Positions 27,006 through 64,000 of a stretch of 64,000 nucleotides of DNA are shown here, in pieces (position 1 is the first letter of the stretch; each line of letters starts with the position of its first letter). Source of the stretch: Paraspadella gotoi (taxonomy: Eukaryota > Animalia > Chaetognatha); NCBI GenBank assembly GCA_051294375.1, contig CM119270.1, positions 18,657,546 through 18,721,545 on the forward strand, given 5' to 3'. The notes beneath the pieces were generated by a model. That model saw only the letters and a list, made by a program, of their open reading frames with translations, was not told the origin of the DNA and made no database searches. The position numbers and the translations under genes were made by a program.

Positions 27006-30000
27006 GGAGACAGACGATGACGAGGAGGAGAGACCGAGAGAAGACGAGAGAGAGAGTCTCTAAAATGGATGTTGGTTCAAAGCCTCGGAGACTTAAGTCT
27101 TATAAGAAAAAAAAAAAACTTAGAAAAACTGCGAGGAACAACGAGACGAATTTGTATTCATTTTAATTTTTTCTTTTAGTCAAGATTGAATAAAAGAAAA
27201 GAGAGATTTCTTTTTTTTTCTCGTATTATTGAAAGAAAGAAAGGAAGAAAAAAACGAATTGAGAGACGGGATTTACGATTCGCGCGCGCCGTTTCTTCTA
27301 GTTGCATGTGTCTACGTGCGTCTGCGTGCGACTCTCTTCGCGAAAAGAACAATTGAAAGGAATGAAAAGAAAATGAAAATTGAATAAAAAAAGAGAAATT
27401 CCTTTTTTTTTCATATTTTCTCCAGTCTCGTCGTCCCTCTTCTCGAGTCGCGTCGTCCGTCGTCGTCGTCCTCCTTCGTCTCGCGTCTCTGTCGCGTCCG
27501 ACCCCGTCGTCGTCCTTCTTTAAAATCCCACGAGTTTGGAGTTTCGACGAAATCCTTCGGTTTTGGTGACGGAATGTAAATAGAGGCACGTTCAATGACT
27601 GTTGCCCGCCAGATGATGGGTCGAAAACCAGCGCGTGCCGTGGAATTCTGGAGAGAGAAGAGGAGAGGAGAGATGGAGTGTATGGATTGTGAGTTAGAGG
27701 AGAAGACGAGGAGAACGAGGGGGAGCCCAGGAGGGAGGGAGAGAATAGAGAGAGAGAAGACGAGAGAAGAGGAGAGAGAGATAGAGACGAGGTCTCTCTC
27801 TTCTCTCGCGCCGCCGAATGAATGCCTCCACGTTTACGTTCACCACGAAGCTCAAAAAAATTAGGGTGTTAAAAAAAAAGAAAAGAAAAGAGAAGAGAAG
27901 AAAGAGAAGAAGAAGAGAAGGAAGAGGAGAGAGAAGAGAAACGATATTTCTAGTTTCTTCTCAACGAAAAGTAAAGAGGAAAAAGAAAGAAAAAAAGAAA
28001 GAAGATAGTCTCTGAGAAAGAAGGTCCACAGTCCGCATTAGATATGAACAGACGTCAAAAAAAAAAAACAAAGAAGACGAAAGAAAAGCTTCTTCAAAAA
28101 GCCGCCCCCCCGGCCGCCCCTTCGCTTCTCCCACCTCCTCTTCCCTCTTTTTCTTAAAAGGAGAGAAAGAAGACTCTTTCTTTTCTATCAATAGTTCTTT
28201 CTTTCTTCTTTCTTTTCCTTCTATATCCCTTTTTTTTTTTTTTCTCTACCGAAATGAGAGAAGGGAAAAATAATTATTATAAACTTTTTCAATATCGCCA
28301 TTACCTTTTGTTAGAATGAAACTTTTTTCCTATTCGTCTCTTTGTCTCTTGTTTATTTGTTTATCTATTTTTGTCCGTTCGTCTGTTTAATCTCGATGTT
28401 GCAATGCATCAATCAAGAGACGATCGTCTATCTATCATTCTGTCAGTATCTCTTCTATCTAGATCATTAATCCGTCTGGTTATCCGTCCGGTTATCAGTC
28501 TTTCCGTCCCTTTATCTAACATCCTTTCAAGCGTCTGGTTGACGAGTTACATTGAAAGACGCTAAGTCCATCTGTCCGACTGATGTCTCGACTGTCCACA
28601 TAAATGGACTCGCGCCCGTCACTCACTCACCTCCCCCCCTTTCAACTCCACCCTCCCCCCTCAGGAACTCCTGGTCATCGGGACTCGATTCGGTTCTCGA
28701 CGGAAAGAAGAGCAGCAAGAGTTGATCCTCCAGACTCTGGAGGAAGAGGGACTCATCCTGCGGCAGTCGGAGTCCGTGAGGGAAAAGAAGGGAGGGATGT
28801 CCTTCGAGTTGGTCGAGGTGAGGCGGGTAGGGGGGTGGGGTGGTAAAACGTGGTGTTTTGAAGGAGTAGGGTGGACTGGGAATCGCGGGTGAAAACGGGT
28901 TAATGAAGTAAAACGTTTTGGTCTCATGAAATTGGTACAACCGATATCAAAATTGTCCAGTTTAAACTTTAAACCAAATTGGTCTCTGCTTGCAATAAGA
29001 AAAAATGATAAAATATTTTAGCTCATTAAAAGATTTTTTTTCATTTTCGTCATGGCAAGCAAAGACCAAAAACCATTTCATTTGAAATAATCATACATTA
29101 ATTTAATAACCAAGCTATCTTGCCCATGAATTTGGACGGGTTATAAAAGGGCATCAGATAATCGGTGCTCATCTATTAAAGAAACCATTTCTTAGTTTAT
29201 CCCGTTGCCAACAATAAACGCCAAACACCATCATCTCAACCCCCTGTTCTTTCACCTCCCCCATCTCTATCCCCATCTACAACCCATCTCCTCTCTCCCA
29301 CCCCCATCTCCAGGTCCGCCCCCCTCGCAAACTGCAAAGTCTTCAGTTGGAAAAAAGGCTGCAGAAAAGACTCAAGAAGAAAATAAGTCCTCAGGAGATT
29401 GAGGAGAAGCAACGCAAGGCCGAGACCAATAGGAGACGGCAGATGGAAGAGGTGAGGTGTGGCGGGNNNNNNNNNNNNNNNNNNNNNNNNNNNNNNNNNN
29501 NNNNNNNNNNNNNNNNNNNNNNNNNNNNNNNNNNNNNNNNNNNNNNNNNNNNNNNNNNNNNNNNNNNNNNNNNNNNNNNNNNNNNNNNNNNNNNNNNNNN
29601 NNNNNNNNNNNNNNNNNNNNNNNNNNNNNNNNNNNNNNNNNNNNNNNNNNNNNNNNNNNNNNNNNNNNNNNNNGGGGAAAAAGGAATTTTGGATTGCAAA
29701 TAGAAGAGGTAAGTCAAGGGGATTTGGAGGATTTCAGATGGAATAGGGAAGTTTTGAAAGAATTCCGATGAAAGAGTTTAAGCTCGGGATTTAGGGATTT
29801 TGACGAGATTCTGCAAAGATGGTTTCTTTTTTGAAATGTTTACGCAATATTTTGATCAGTGTTGTTGTCTTTTGTTTTTCGAACATAAATAAATCCCTTG
29901 CCCATTCGTTTTCCTCATCCTCCGCCAGGTTCGCTCGCGCGCGAGACACAAGGACGAGAAAACCGAACAAGCGAACAACGCCCTCGCCCGACAGTTGAGG

Positions 30001-30014
30001 AGAAAGGAGGAGGA
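26061..30014 (+). CDS. STMND1: Stathmin-domain protein (STMND1-like), spliced, both ends incomplete
   Basis: Phase-compatible AG/GT exons: 26061-26419 (SGSSGDSRDSGIG), 28665-28817 (ELILQTLEEEGLI...GGMSFELVE), 29314-29451 (VRPPRKLQSL...ISPQEIEEKQRKAETNRRRQMEE), 29929 into the gap at 30015. GxxFE and EIEEKxxxAExxR are stathmin-family hallmarks; DSGxG and PPxxL resemble STMND1. The symbol is from recalled similarity, not a search. Confidence 0.7.
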
Positions 30015-31009
30015 NNNNNNNNNNNNNNNNNNNNNNNNNNNNNNNNNNNNNNNNNNNNNNNNNNNNNNNNNNNNNNNNNNNNNNNNNNNNNNNNNNNNNN
30101 NNNNNNNNNNNNNNNNNNNNNNNNNNNNNNNNNNNNNNNNNNNNNNNNNNNNNNNNNNNNNNNNNNNNNNNNNNNNNNNNNNNNNNNNNNNNNNNNNNNN
30201 GGTCTTTATCGATAGAAGGAAAATGTGGAGGTGAAACAGAGGTTAAATGGGAAAGAGAAGAGTTAAGACGGGTAAGACAAAATCTAAGGAAAAGAGACAA
30301 CAGATAGCAAAGAAAGATAGAAAGAAAGAAAGAAAGTAAGTGAGAGACATAGTCTTTATAGGGACAGAGAAAGAAAGAGAGCGAGTCAAAGAAAAAAGAG
30401 AGAAAGCTGAAGAAAGCGGGAGAGAGAAAAGAGGAGAGAAGGGGNNNNNNNNNNNNNNNNNNNNNNNNNNNNNNNNNNNNNNNNNNNNNNNNNNNNNNNN
30501 NNNNNNNNNNNNNNNNNNNNNNNNNNNNNNNNNNNNNNNNNNNNNNNNNNNNNNNNNNNNNNNNNNNNNNNNNNNNNNNNNNNNNNNNNNNNNNNNNNNN
30601 NNNNNNNNNNNNNNNNNNNNNNNNNNNNNNNNNNNNNNNNNNNNNNNNNNNNNNNNNNNNNNNNNNNNNNNNNNNNNNNNNNNNNNNNNNNNNNNNNNNN
30701 NNNNNNNNNNNNNNNNNNNNNNNNNNNNNNNNNNNNNNNNNNNNNNNNNNNNNNNNNNNNNNNNNNNNNNNNNNNNNNNAAGGAGATTCGACTAAAAATC
30801 GGGATCGTGAAAAGAAAACAGTGCGAAAATGGCGGCTGTAAAACGTCTGTAAATCATCTGTAAAACATCTGCGAGACTGTTCGTAATAAGAATAAAGACA
30901 ACAGTGGCTTTTTTTACCCTTTCGATCGATGGAACTTCTGGAGTAGAACTTCCTGTCTGTCCAGCCCGTTCTGTACTCGATTTTATCATCCTTTGATCAT
31001 GAGTACTTA

Positions 31010-31040
<31 letters not shown>

Positions 31041-32016
31041 ATCTCTCTCTCGTCTCTCTCTCTCTCCTCTCTACTCTCTCTCTCTCTTACTCTACTTCTC
31101 TCTCTCTCATCTGCTCTCTCTNNNNNNNNNNNNNNNNNNNNNNNNNNNNNNNNNNNNNNNNNNNNNNNNNNNNNNNNNNNNNNNNNNNNNNNNNNNNNNN
31201 NNNNNNNNNNNNNNNNNNNNNNNNNNNNNNNNNNNNNNNNNNNNNNATCGAGGAAGGATAGACGGATGGACAAATGACCGGACGCCAAAAACTTTGGAAA
31301 GTCGGATTGCGTGCGACTCAAGACAGATCGTCGTTGTGGTCATCGTCGTTGTGGTCATCGTCGTTGTTATCGTTTTCGTCGTCGTCGTTTCCTTTTATTT
31401 TGTCGTAAACATAATCGTTTTCACCAAAACGAATTTGGATTCGGATACATCATCTTTGTTGATAAAATCTTGATCGTAATCCTCATCATCGTCATCATCA
31501 GCATCATCATAATCATCATCATCATCATCATCATCATCATTATCATCATCATCATCGTCGTCCTCTTCGTCTTCGTCGTCGCTTTCCTCATCATCCTCTT
31601 TTGAGGTCAATGAGAATGACAGGAATTTCCGCTCGGAATAATAATAATTATTTTTATTATTCATTTCGGTAGCGAAGACATTAATAATACAAATCCAGTG
31701 ATTTTTATAACCAATGATCGAATTCTTTAATACTGGCTTTATAAGCGCGAGATGGAACATTTGTTTTCCAATCGCCAATAATTTGTATTTTGTTTCCCGT
31801 GTTGTGATCGTTTATTTCCGTATTTTGATCACTGAAAAATCACAATATCTTTATTTGTCCATCTCGCCGTTGGTTTTGTCAATAATCAGTCAAAATATAG
31901 GGTGTTTATTAAAAACATTTCTTCTTTTCTCGACTCATATATATATAAAAAAAAACTTTTTTTTCGAGAAGCTGGTTTTTCTGTTTTCGACAGCGGACGA
32001 AATCGGAGAGTCTCGA

Positions 32017-32106
32017 CCAATGAGAGACCTGGATCAACCAATGAGCGTGTTTGTAGACGACAAATCTACCAATCAACGCGTCCGATACACCACGCTCTCG
32101 ACCATT
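32017..32106 (+). promoter_or_regulatory. Cluster of CCAAT boxes ~1.1 kb upstream of the phosphatase gene
   Basis: CCAAT at 32017, 32038 and 32069 (GACCAATGAG, AACCAATGAG, TACCAATCAA) plus CCATT at 32102; NF-Y-like flanks. Function is inferred. Confidence 0.4.
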
Positions 32107-32790
32107 GAGCACCGAGCATTCTCAATGTTTTTTAACACGATCGATTCTTCCAGTAGAAAACATAATTTTTTTCTGGTGTTAAGAAGTTTGGTTGTGAAAT
32201 CGTAAGTAAATCGTAGAGCGAATCTTCGTCGCCTTCGGAAACACAATTTTTGTAACAACATTAAAATTTAATATCAAAACGCCTGAAATATGAAAGTCGG
32301 CTTGGAAAGCCTGGCCTGGTCTGGGTTGGATTAATGAGCGAGATCACCGGGGGGAGTATGATCCCACCATAAATTATTAGTGTTTTATCAAAGAGCTAAC
32401 ACATTGTGCACATTGTGCACATTGTGCACATTTCGCACCCCACGAAATTCCGTGCTCGCATTTCCAACAGTAATGCAATCGTTTCGTAGTGATTTCTCTT
32501 TATTATGCGATCATACCGGCATTCTATGCGATCAGACCCCTCACAATCGGATCCGGCTGGGATGCAATCTTAACCAGTCAGGTTCGATTGCAACTTGAAA
32601 CTCACCCCAACACCTCGGGGATTCAACTCGACGGCGAGAAAAAATAGAAAAGTAGCTACTTGGCCGACTGGGGTTTGGGGGTCTTTTGAAAAATCAATTA
32701 AAAATACTTATTTTTAAAAAAAATTATAGAGTTACAAGTTGTAGAGAGATTTTATTTTTTTTCATTAAACAACGAGTTAACATTTAATAT

Positions 32791-32830
32791 CGGACCTCTT
32801 TCGGTTTAATTTTTTAAACCTTCTTCAGCG
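32791..32830 (-). ncRNA. Minimal type I hammerhead ribozyme-like motif (Penelope pLTR type)
   Basis: Minus strand CG-CTGAAGA-A-GGTTTA-aaaaat-TAAACC-GAAA-GAG-GTC-CG. Both core boxes are intact, stem II is 6 bp, GTC triplet present, AATAAA about 35 nt downstream. Stems I and III are weak. Confidence 0.5.
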
Positions 32831-33242
32831 CGTTTGAAAAAGAAAACGTTATGATATAAAATTTAAAAAAAAAATTATTACCTAAGTTTTACCGCTAACC
32901 CTAAACCATCTGAACCCTAACCACCCTCCTCCTAACACCTAACCCACCACCTAAACCCCGTAACGCTAACCCGCCCCTAACTCGGTCGGCGAAAGTAAAA
33001 TTAACCCGAAAAAAAGTTTAGCGCGCGTTTCGCCTTTTTTTCTTCTCTACCTAATTGTATAATTTACAGATTAAAGAAATTCAAATTAAGTTTGGTTAAT
33101 TGAATATAATAACTAAAAAAAAACTAACGATTTTTTTTTTTACAATTCAAACAACGTTCGCTTCAAAGTAAGCAGAAATACAATTAAAAATAAATCAACA
33201 AACAAATAATTAACTTTAATGCGACGACGACGACGACGACGA

Positions 33243-35183
33243 ATGACAGACGACGACGTTGCCACAACAGCCAAACAAAAATCTGCGGCTTCTGTATCTC
33301 AAACAAAATCGTTGGTCTGGAGGTCTGCATTGGATCGTCGGACGTGCGTCCGGAGGAGGAGTACAACAGAGTAAGGATTAAACTGGAGTTGTGAATCGAA
33401 AAAGGGGTCTAACGAAAAAACCTACATCGCCTGTCCGCGATGCAGGAGGCAAGATTGCTTATGAAATTTAATTCATTTATGAAGCTAAATTGTCCTTGAC
33501 TTTGGACAGGCTATGGTAATTAAGGGCCCTCATAGTGAGGCGAACCGACTGCACTGCCCATGACTTACGTATTGGATGAATAGATGAATTTTATATATTG
33601 GTTGGACCTATTTCAAGAAAAGAATTGTTATGCTATATCGTATTAAATATCTAACATTTATGTAATAAGTCCAGATAACAGATCAATATTACAGGAAATT
33701 ACAACATATATACATTATAAATAATTGATTATACAATACAATATACATAATCATGACTAAAAACAAACGGGCGAGACCCTCTTTGCCGTAGATTTAAATT
33801 CAAATTTTTACATTTGCTTTCAAGTTACGTTTACAATGTTCGACCTTCGTTCCATGGTGCGACTTTCTCGAAGACTTTAAGGCGCTGACGAAAAAGAGGT
33901 AAGTTTGACATTAACTGAAAAAAAAATGTTATCGATTCGTCCGTCAATCAGTCAAGACTGTTCCCAAACTGTCGTCCCAACTGTTTTGCTCACAGACCGC
34001 TTTTGAAAGAGGACATTTGGGAATTCTCGCACAGACTGTCGTCCGCGATACAGCAACCGCAGGCAAAGGATAAGTTCAAGCAAAAACAGTACTACAAAAT
34101 CTACATTTACTCCAAAAACAGGCGAGAACTAAAAGTGCATAATATCATTGCAGGGCTTTTAGCGAAATCAAAAAGTTTGAATTTGTACGACAACGATTTT
34201 TTTTATTACAACATTACAGGGGCTATAATCTTCAGTTAATTCTTATTTATAATTTATTAATTATTAAAGATCAGTTGTACCTTCTTTTCCAGTTCTTGTT
34301 CTCTCGCCGCTTCCTTCGCTGATTTTCTACTCAACTACTGCACAGAGGGAATTGACAAAGAGCAGGTGAGGATGTATGGCAAAAAAAAAAAATCACTATG
34401 CCAAAAGTTGAAAGAAGAAAAAAAGAAAATAGTGTGGCGGTACCGCCACAATAGCGTGAATGTTGATTGAAGACAATTTTTTTTTACGCTCGTCAGTTCA
34501 TGATTTACATTTTTTCTTTTCATTATTTTTTTTTCTAGATACTTTTTTGTTTTTTCTCGCAATATTTATTTTCTTTTCTTTAAGCTTCAGTTTTCTTTAC
34601 TTTCTCTTTATATCCATTAAATAGTTCTTTATATTCATTAACTCATATTCTTAATATTCATTCATTCATATTCTTTATATTATATTCAATTCGGGTCTTT
34701 TTCTCGTTTCATTCGCCTTTTTTTCCCTTCTAATTTGTTTTCTCAGGGTTTTTTTCCTTACTTCTCTAATCTCTCTCCATCCGGAGAATAACGTCCACAC
34801 TCTCTCCTTTCCCAATTGAGTCTTCCTCCCTTTCCCCCTGTCGGGTCTTAATCTCCATCTCCATCTCGAGGTCTTCCTCCTGAGCAAGATCCTCTTGGTG
34901 TCTCCCTCCCTTTGTCTCGTCTTCCTCTTCTTTGGCAAGACACGTTGAGTGAACCCTGTCGTCGTTTTTTTCTGAGTCTTCCTCCCTTTTCCCTCCACCC
35001 AGGTCTTCCTCCTCATCGGCGGGGATCGAGACTTTCTGCGTATCCAAAACCCTCCTCGTCATCGGTCACCCTTCCTAGCCATCAACCCAACCCCCTCTCG
35101 GGTCTCTCCTTCAGAAGTTCTTGAAAGATTTTTCTTTACCTCGGCGGGCGCACCTCGGCTAACAACCTGGGCCGGACTGGCAG

Positions 35184-35230
<47 letters not shown>

Positions 35231-37677
35231 AGAGAGAGAAAGAGACGAGAGAGGAGGGAGGGAGAGGAAGGAAATTGAGTCTGAGTCAGTAAAAATGACC
35301 ACAAAATATCCGGCCTTAAAATTTTTTTCTGGATAAAAGGATTGAACTGCAAGGCCTCGTATAGAAGAGAACGCGAATCCCAAAATAACATTCATCTAGT
35401 CTTTTAAAGCATTTCGTGAAATCGTCTGTGTGACATGGGCTTATTAGTATTGCCGGCTTCAACAGGTATTGAAGAATGGTGAAGACCCGGAGGTTAAATT
35501 ACCTGTATGTAGATCCAGTTATTTAACTTACTCTACAGTAGGTAAAAATAATAGGTTTATTTTATACGTCAAATCGTAAGATGGTGACCTGAAGGGGTGT
35601 GGAATGGGGCAACACCTTTTACATAGTCGAGTGTGCCGATGTCCTGAAAGGATCCGCCCAATGAAAAAAATAGGAAAGAAATTTGATGAAATTTAAAAAA
35701 AAAAACAACTTTAACATGCAGATCCTTCAGGCTAATTCCTGCTAAATTAATGGCTTCATGCTCACTGAGTGCTCACATGTTTACTGCATTGCTCACTCAA
35801 GAGCTCAAAGAGGGCAAGCTTGAATAGTAAGGTGCACCGCGAAATAAATAAGCTACATTTACCTAAAATAAAATGCGAGACGTATATAGTACTATATATT
35901 TAGCCAAATATAACTGTCAGGTTGGGTCATTAACCTCTTTAACGAGAAAGGTCGCGGCGAGAAGAAAATAAATTCTGCCCCAAGGATGACGTTAATTTCT
36001 GAATCCATTTAATATATGAGATGGAGATATAAAGTGGGATGAGGGAGAGATGAGAGAGAGAGAGAGAGAGGGAGAGAGAGAGAGAGAGAGGGAGAGAAAG
36101 AGTAAAGAGGAAAAGAAAGAAAAGAAAATATTAGGAAAGGTTAGAAAAAAGAAAAGAAAAGAAAAGAAAAGAAAAGAAAAGAAAAGAAAAGAAAAGAAAA
36201 GAAAAGAAAAGAAAAGAAAAGAAAAGAAAAGAAAAGAATAGAGAAATCTGACCAGCTCTGAGATCTCATCTGCAACGCAAGTTCAAGCAAAGAGGTAAAG
36301 AAAAAATGTTAGTTTGTCTTTTTGCAAGACTCATTGCAACTTGCAATTTGCAACTTGCAAGACTCTCGCAACCTCAGCCAACCAACTATTTCCATATTTA
36401 TGGACTTTGTAATAAACGCGTTAAATATTTCATACAGAAGCAATAAATAAATAAATAAATAAACAAAACGACCGTATGATGAAAAATTTTCAATTTAAAT
36501 GCGAAGCGAAGATGAATTATGGAAAAAGCAATAATCTCGGAGATATTTTATTTACATATACATCCAAGTCAAGAAAAATATGGAGAAAATTATTTTTTAA
36601 TAAAAAATATCTAATTATCACAATAATTATTAATATTAATCGTCATATATAAAACATCAACACGAGCAACTGTTGCGGGCCAAGGTTTTATTGATGGAGT
36701 GAACCCTGTCAATGTCCGTTACACGACTATTATGGAAATGCTGCTACTGTCACAATGCGTCTAATTAATTGTCATAAATGGTCGGCTATCCCTTACCGAT
36801 AACTCACCCTCTGTAAAAGAATTCCCAGTAACGACGCCTCCTATTACCTTACCGCCCCTCCGCACACAACACCTCAGCAACTCGACATCCGCTGCGTGCT
36901 CAACACGGCCTACGACGCCGAGAATCGATTCCCCGATCAACTCACTTACCTCAAATTAGATTTGGACGACTCACCCAACGAGAACATCGAGAGATTCTTC
37001 GACCAGGGGAGGAAGTTTATCGAGGAAGCCAAGAAGAACAAACAGAAAGTCTTGGGTGAGTTGTATTCGGGTGGGCGGGGGGGTGAGGTGTGGGTGAAGT
37101 GTGGGCGAGGTGTGGGTGAGGAAGGAAATGAGGTGTTGTGTGAGTAAAGTGAGGATGAGTATAAAAAAAAATGACGGTTCACTCTTTCGATCTTAAGCAA
37201 ATTGAATTAAATTAAATTAAGTTTGGGTTAAAGTTTGGGTGAGGTGAGGTGACGATGAAGTCTTTGTGAGACTCGAAAAGTTGTGAGAAGCGGACCGTAG
37301 TCATTAAAGTTTTGAGTCGGGAGCGTCCGTGGAAGAAAAATTAACTGTGTTCACAAGAATCATCTATTTATAGTCTGCAGTTTATTGTTCACAGTTCACT
37401 GCCAAATGGGAATGAGTCGATCAACTACCATCGTGATCGTTTATCTCATGTACACTTTTCAGTGGAGCTTGAAAAGAGCGTTCAAGGTGAAGAGTTAGAG
37501 AGAGAGAGATGAGAGAGATGAAGAGAGAGAGAGAGAGAGAGAAGAGAAGAGAGAGAGAGGAGGAGAGGAGAGAGAAGAGGAGAGATGAGAGAGAGAGAAG
37601 AGAGAGAGGATCTGCATCAAAATGGCATCCACTCCTCGTCTGACGAAAAAAAAAAAATGATATGTAGATCGATGTAG

Positions 37678-37762
<85 letters not shown>

Positions 37763-38005
37763 TTTTCCAATTTCTCTTCAAAATTCGCAATCAAATGACG
37801 CCACTCTTTTCTCTCCTCCCCCTTTAATGAAACAACCCAGTTCGTAAAAACGAAGCGATGTTTCGCTCAGCCCAACTACGGATTCATGTGGCAACTGGCC
37901 AAACTTGAGCAACGACTCTTCAACGGAAGTCGAACCATCGTCTTCAACGGAGATCAAAAGACTTACGATTATCAGTGGATCGATGATCCAAAGACTTTCT
38001 TCTGA
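33243..38005 (+). CDS. Dual-specificity protein phosphatase with N-terminal rhodanese (MKP-like) domain
   Basis: Catalytic exons 36878-37055 (IRCVLNTA...LDLDDSPNENIERFF...FIEEA), 37395-37486 (VHCQMGMSRSTTIVIVYLM) and 37841-38005 (AQPNYGFMWQL...stop) are unambiguous. Upstream phase-compatible exons: ~33243-33370 (DVRPEEEYNR), 33825-33898, 34293-34365, and 35003-35183 (VFLLIGG...PSEVLERF/LYLGG, with frameshifts). The start codon is uncertain. Confidence 0.88.
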
Positions 38006-39543
38006 CATCACTTGTGACATCTGTCGTGGGTGATAGAATCTCACTCTCACTCTTTTATTAATCTTGCTGGGTGGATTGATTATATTGAATCGAATGTCCC
38101 CAAGCCTTGATGGAAGTCGCTGCCTTGGATTTCGAACGAAATAACAATTATTAATATTATTATATATTCGGTTTGTTTTAATTGTATTTTGGATTTCGCT
38201 TCTTCTATTATGGGAAGATCAGTTTTGTTTTTTGTCTCTGAATTTAGTTTAGTAAAAACTACAAACATTTTGGGGCTTGAAAGAGATGGCCTGAAAATAT
38301 TTTTCAAAAAATTTAATCACAGTATGTTTCTAGGTATTTTTTTTATATTAATTTAGTTTCTAGATTGTTTCGATTGTTCATTTTGTTACAATTTTGCTAA
38401 TTTTTTGCTAATTAATTTAACCTCAAGAAGAACTGCGGATAAATATTGCTGTATTTAGCTGAATTTTCGCCATTGCCTAAGTCTAAACGAAATCATTTGC
38501 ATCATAATCATCATCATCATCTTTTATTTATTCTTAGTAATATATGTAATATACCATCAACAAATATCACCTCTGGCTCTGGCAATGTTTTTCTTCATTG
38601 AGGTAAAATAAGTTAAAACAAAATTTAGTCTCAATTATAATCTGTTTGCCTACAACTCTACGTCATTTAATAAAATATTTTTATGGGAATGAACCCACTT
38701 GTGATTGAATTAAAGTAAACGTAGTCAAATTCGTCTCATTCGCTGATTTAAAAATCGCAATTTAATAGAAAGTGGATCATAAGAATTTAAGGGGAAAAAA
38801 TGTATTCATCAAAGTTTAATCAATAAAAATGAGATCAATAAAAATGGTTTTTTTTGGGGGGGATGTGTGTACTTTAGGTTGAATGATGGTGAAAAATTGA
38901 GACGTCATACAGGCACGGCGTACAATATGAGGGGGCAAGAGAAGGTAGTTTCAAAAATATATATGTATTTTTAACCACACGAAGTCATTAAAATCTTGTA
39001 GGGAATAATGTCAGAGCGCCTGCATTTAAGGGAAAAATGATTTTTGATCTTAGGCTACGTATTTAAAGAGTCCCCCCCCAAAAAGAGATAAACAAACAAA
39101 AAGAGGTACAAACAAACAAACGATGATATTAATGTAATGATAACCAAATAGAATTTACGTGATAAATTCTTAAGTCAATAAGAAACCCCTTTAATTCCTG
39201 ATGGGTATTCGTTGTAAGTTTTATGTTCACGATCCTTTCTTCAGAAGGTCAAAGTGGTTCATCAATATTTGGGTCAATAATATTTCAGGGGAAAATAAAA
39301 GCGACAAATGCACATTTTGTTTCGTTTTTGTTTTGAGCGGGAAGATTAAGTATAAAAAACACGACATACCTTGAATTTTTATTAAATAATATAAAATTTA
39401 TTCGAAACTGGAAAGTAAAAAAAAAATGGTTTGGAACTTGTTACTTTGTTCTTCATTATTAGTAGCTTCATGATTGGGTCCAAATTGATCCAAGTCAATC
39501 ACCGCCTGACCAGGTTCAAGGCCTGGTCTTCGCCCCACCAGGT

Positions 39544-63698
<24,155 letters not shown>

Positions 63699-63864
63699 CT
63701 GAAAAAAAAAGGCGTTTTGTCTCATTTTTATCTTTTTAATTGGAATTTTATTTATGGCCAACCTTTCCGACACCATTTTTGATATTTCACTCACACTTCT
63801 TTTCAACCCGGATGTTTTCTTTTTCCCGGATATAACTTACGTAAGAGGGATTGATATCTAACCA

Positions 63865-64000
63865 GAATTTGGTCAACTGGCATAATTTTGTCAACTGGCA
63901 TATAATTTGGTCAACTGGCATATATTGGTCTACTGGGATAATTTGGTCAACTTGCATAATTTGGTCAACTGGCATAATTTGGTCAACTGGCATAATTTGG
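63865..64000. repeat. 18-bp minisatellite (TTTGGTCAACTGGCATAA), at least 7 copies, intronic
   Basis: Direct reading; gives the MPVDQI pseudo-ORF. Confidence 0.92.

Overview
AT-rich, microsatellite-dense draft scaffold from an animal (probably invertebrate) genome, with many N gaps and stretches that look like error-prone long-read fill. Almost all ORFs in the supplied track are simple-repeat or N artefacts; the real genes are spliced and were reconstructed by hand. Four protein-coding genes are supported: (1) a stathmin-domain (STMND1-like) gene on + (about 26.1-30.0 kb); (2) a rhodanese-domain dual-specificity phosphatase on + (about 33.2-38.0 kb); (3) a many-exon APAF-1 orthologue (NB-ARC plus WD40) on - (39.5 kb to beyond the window end); (4) a very compact two-exon DEG/ENaC channel nested on the same strand in an APAF-1 intron. 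Other structure: a ~6.8 kb near-palindrome (13.9-20.7 kb) whose spacer recurs ~4 kb downstream, two minimal hammerhead-like motifs of the Penelope type, two Helentron-associated (HINE/DINE-1-like) elements, MITEs, a tRNA-derived SINE, and repeated tandem duplications of exon ends plus splice donors in APAF-1. No CRISPR, rRNA or true tRNA was seen. I cannot claim a new biological system; the best leads are the nested minimal ENaC, the APAF-1 variants (IHS in place of LHD, an extra exon), the donor-site minisatellites and the palindrome, which may be an artefact.
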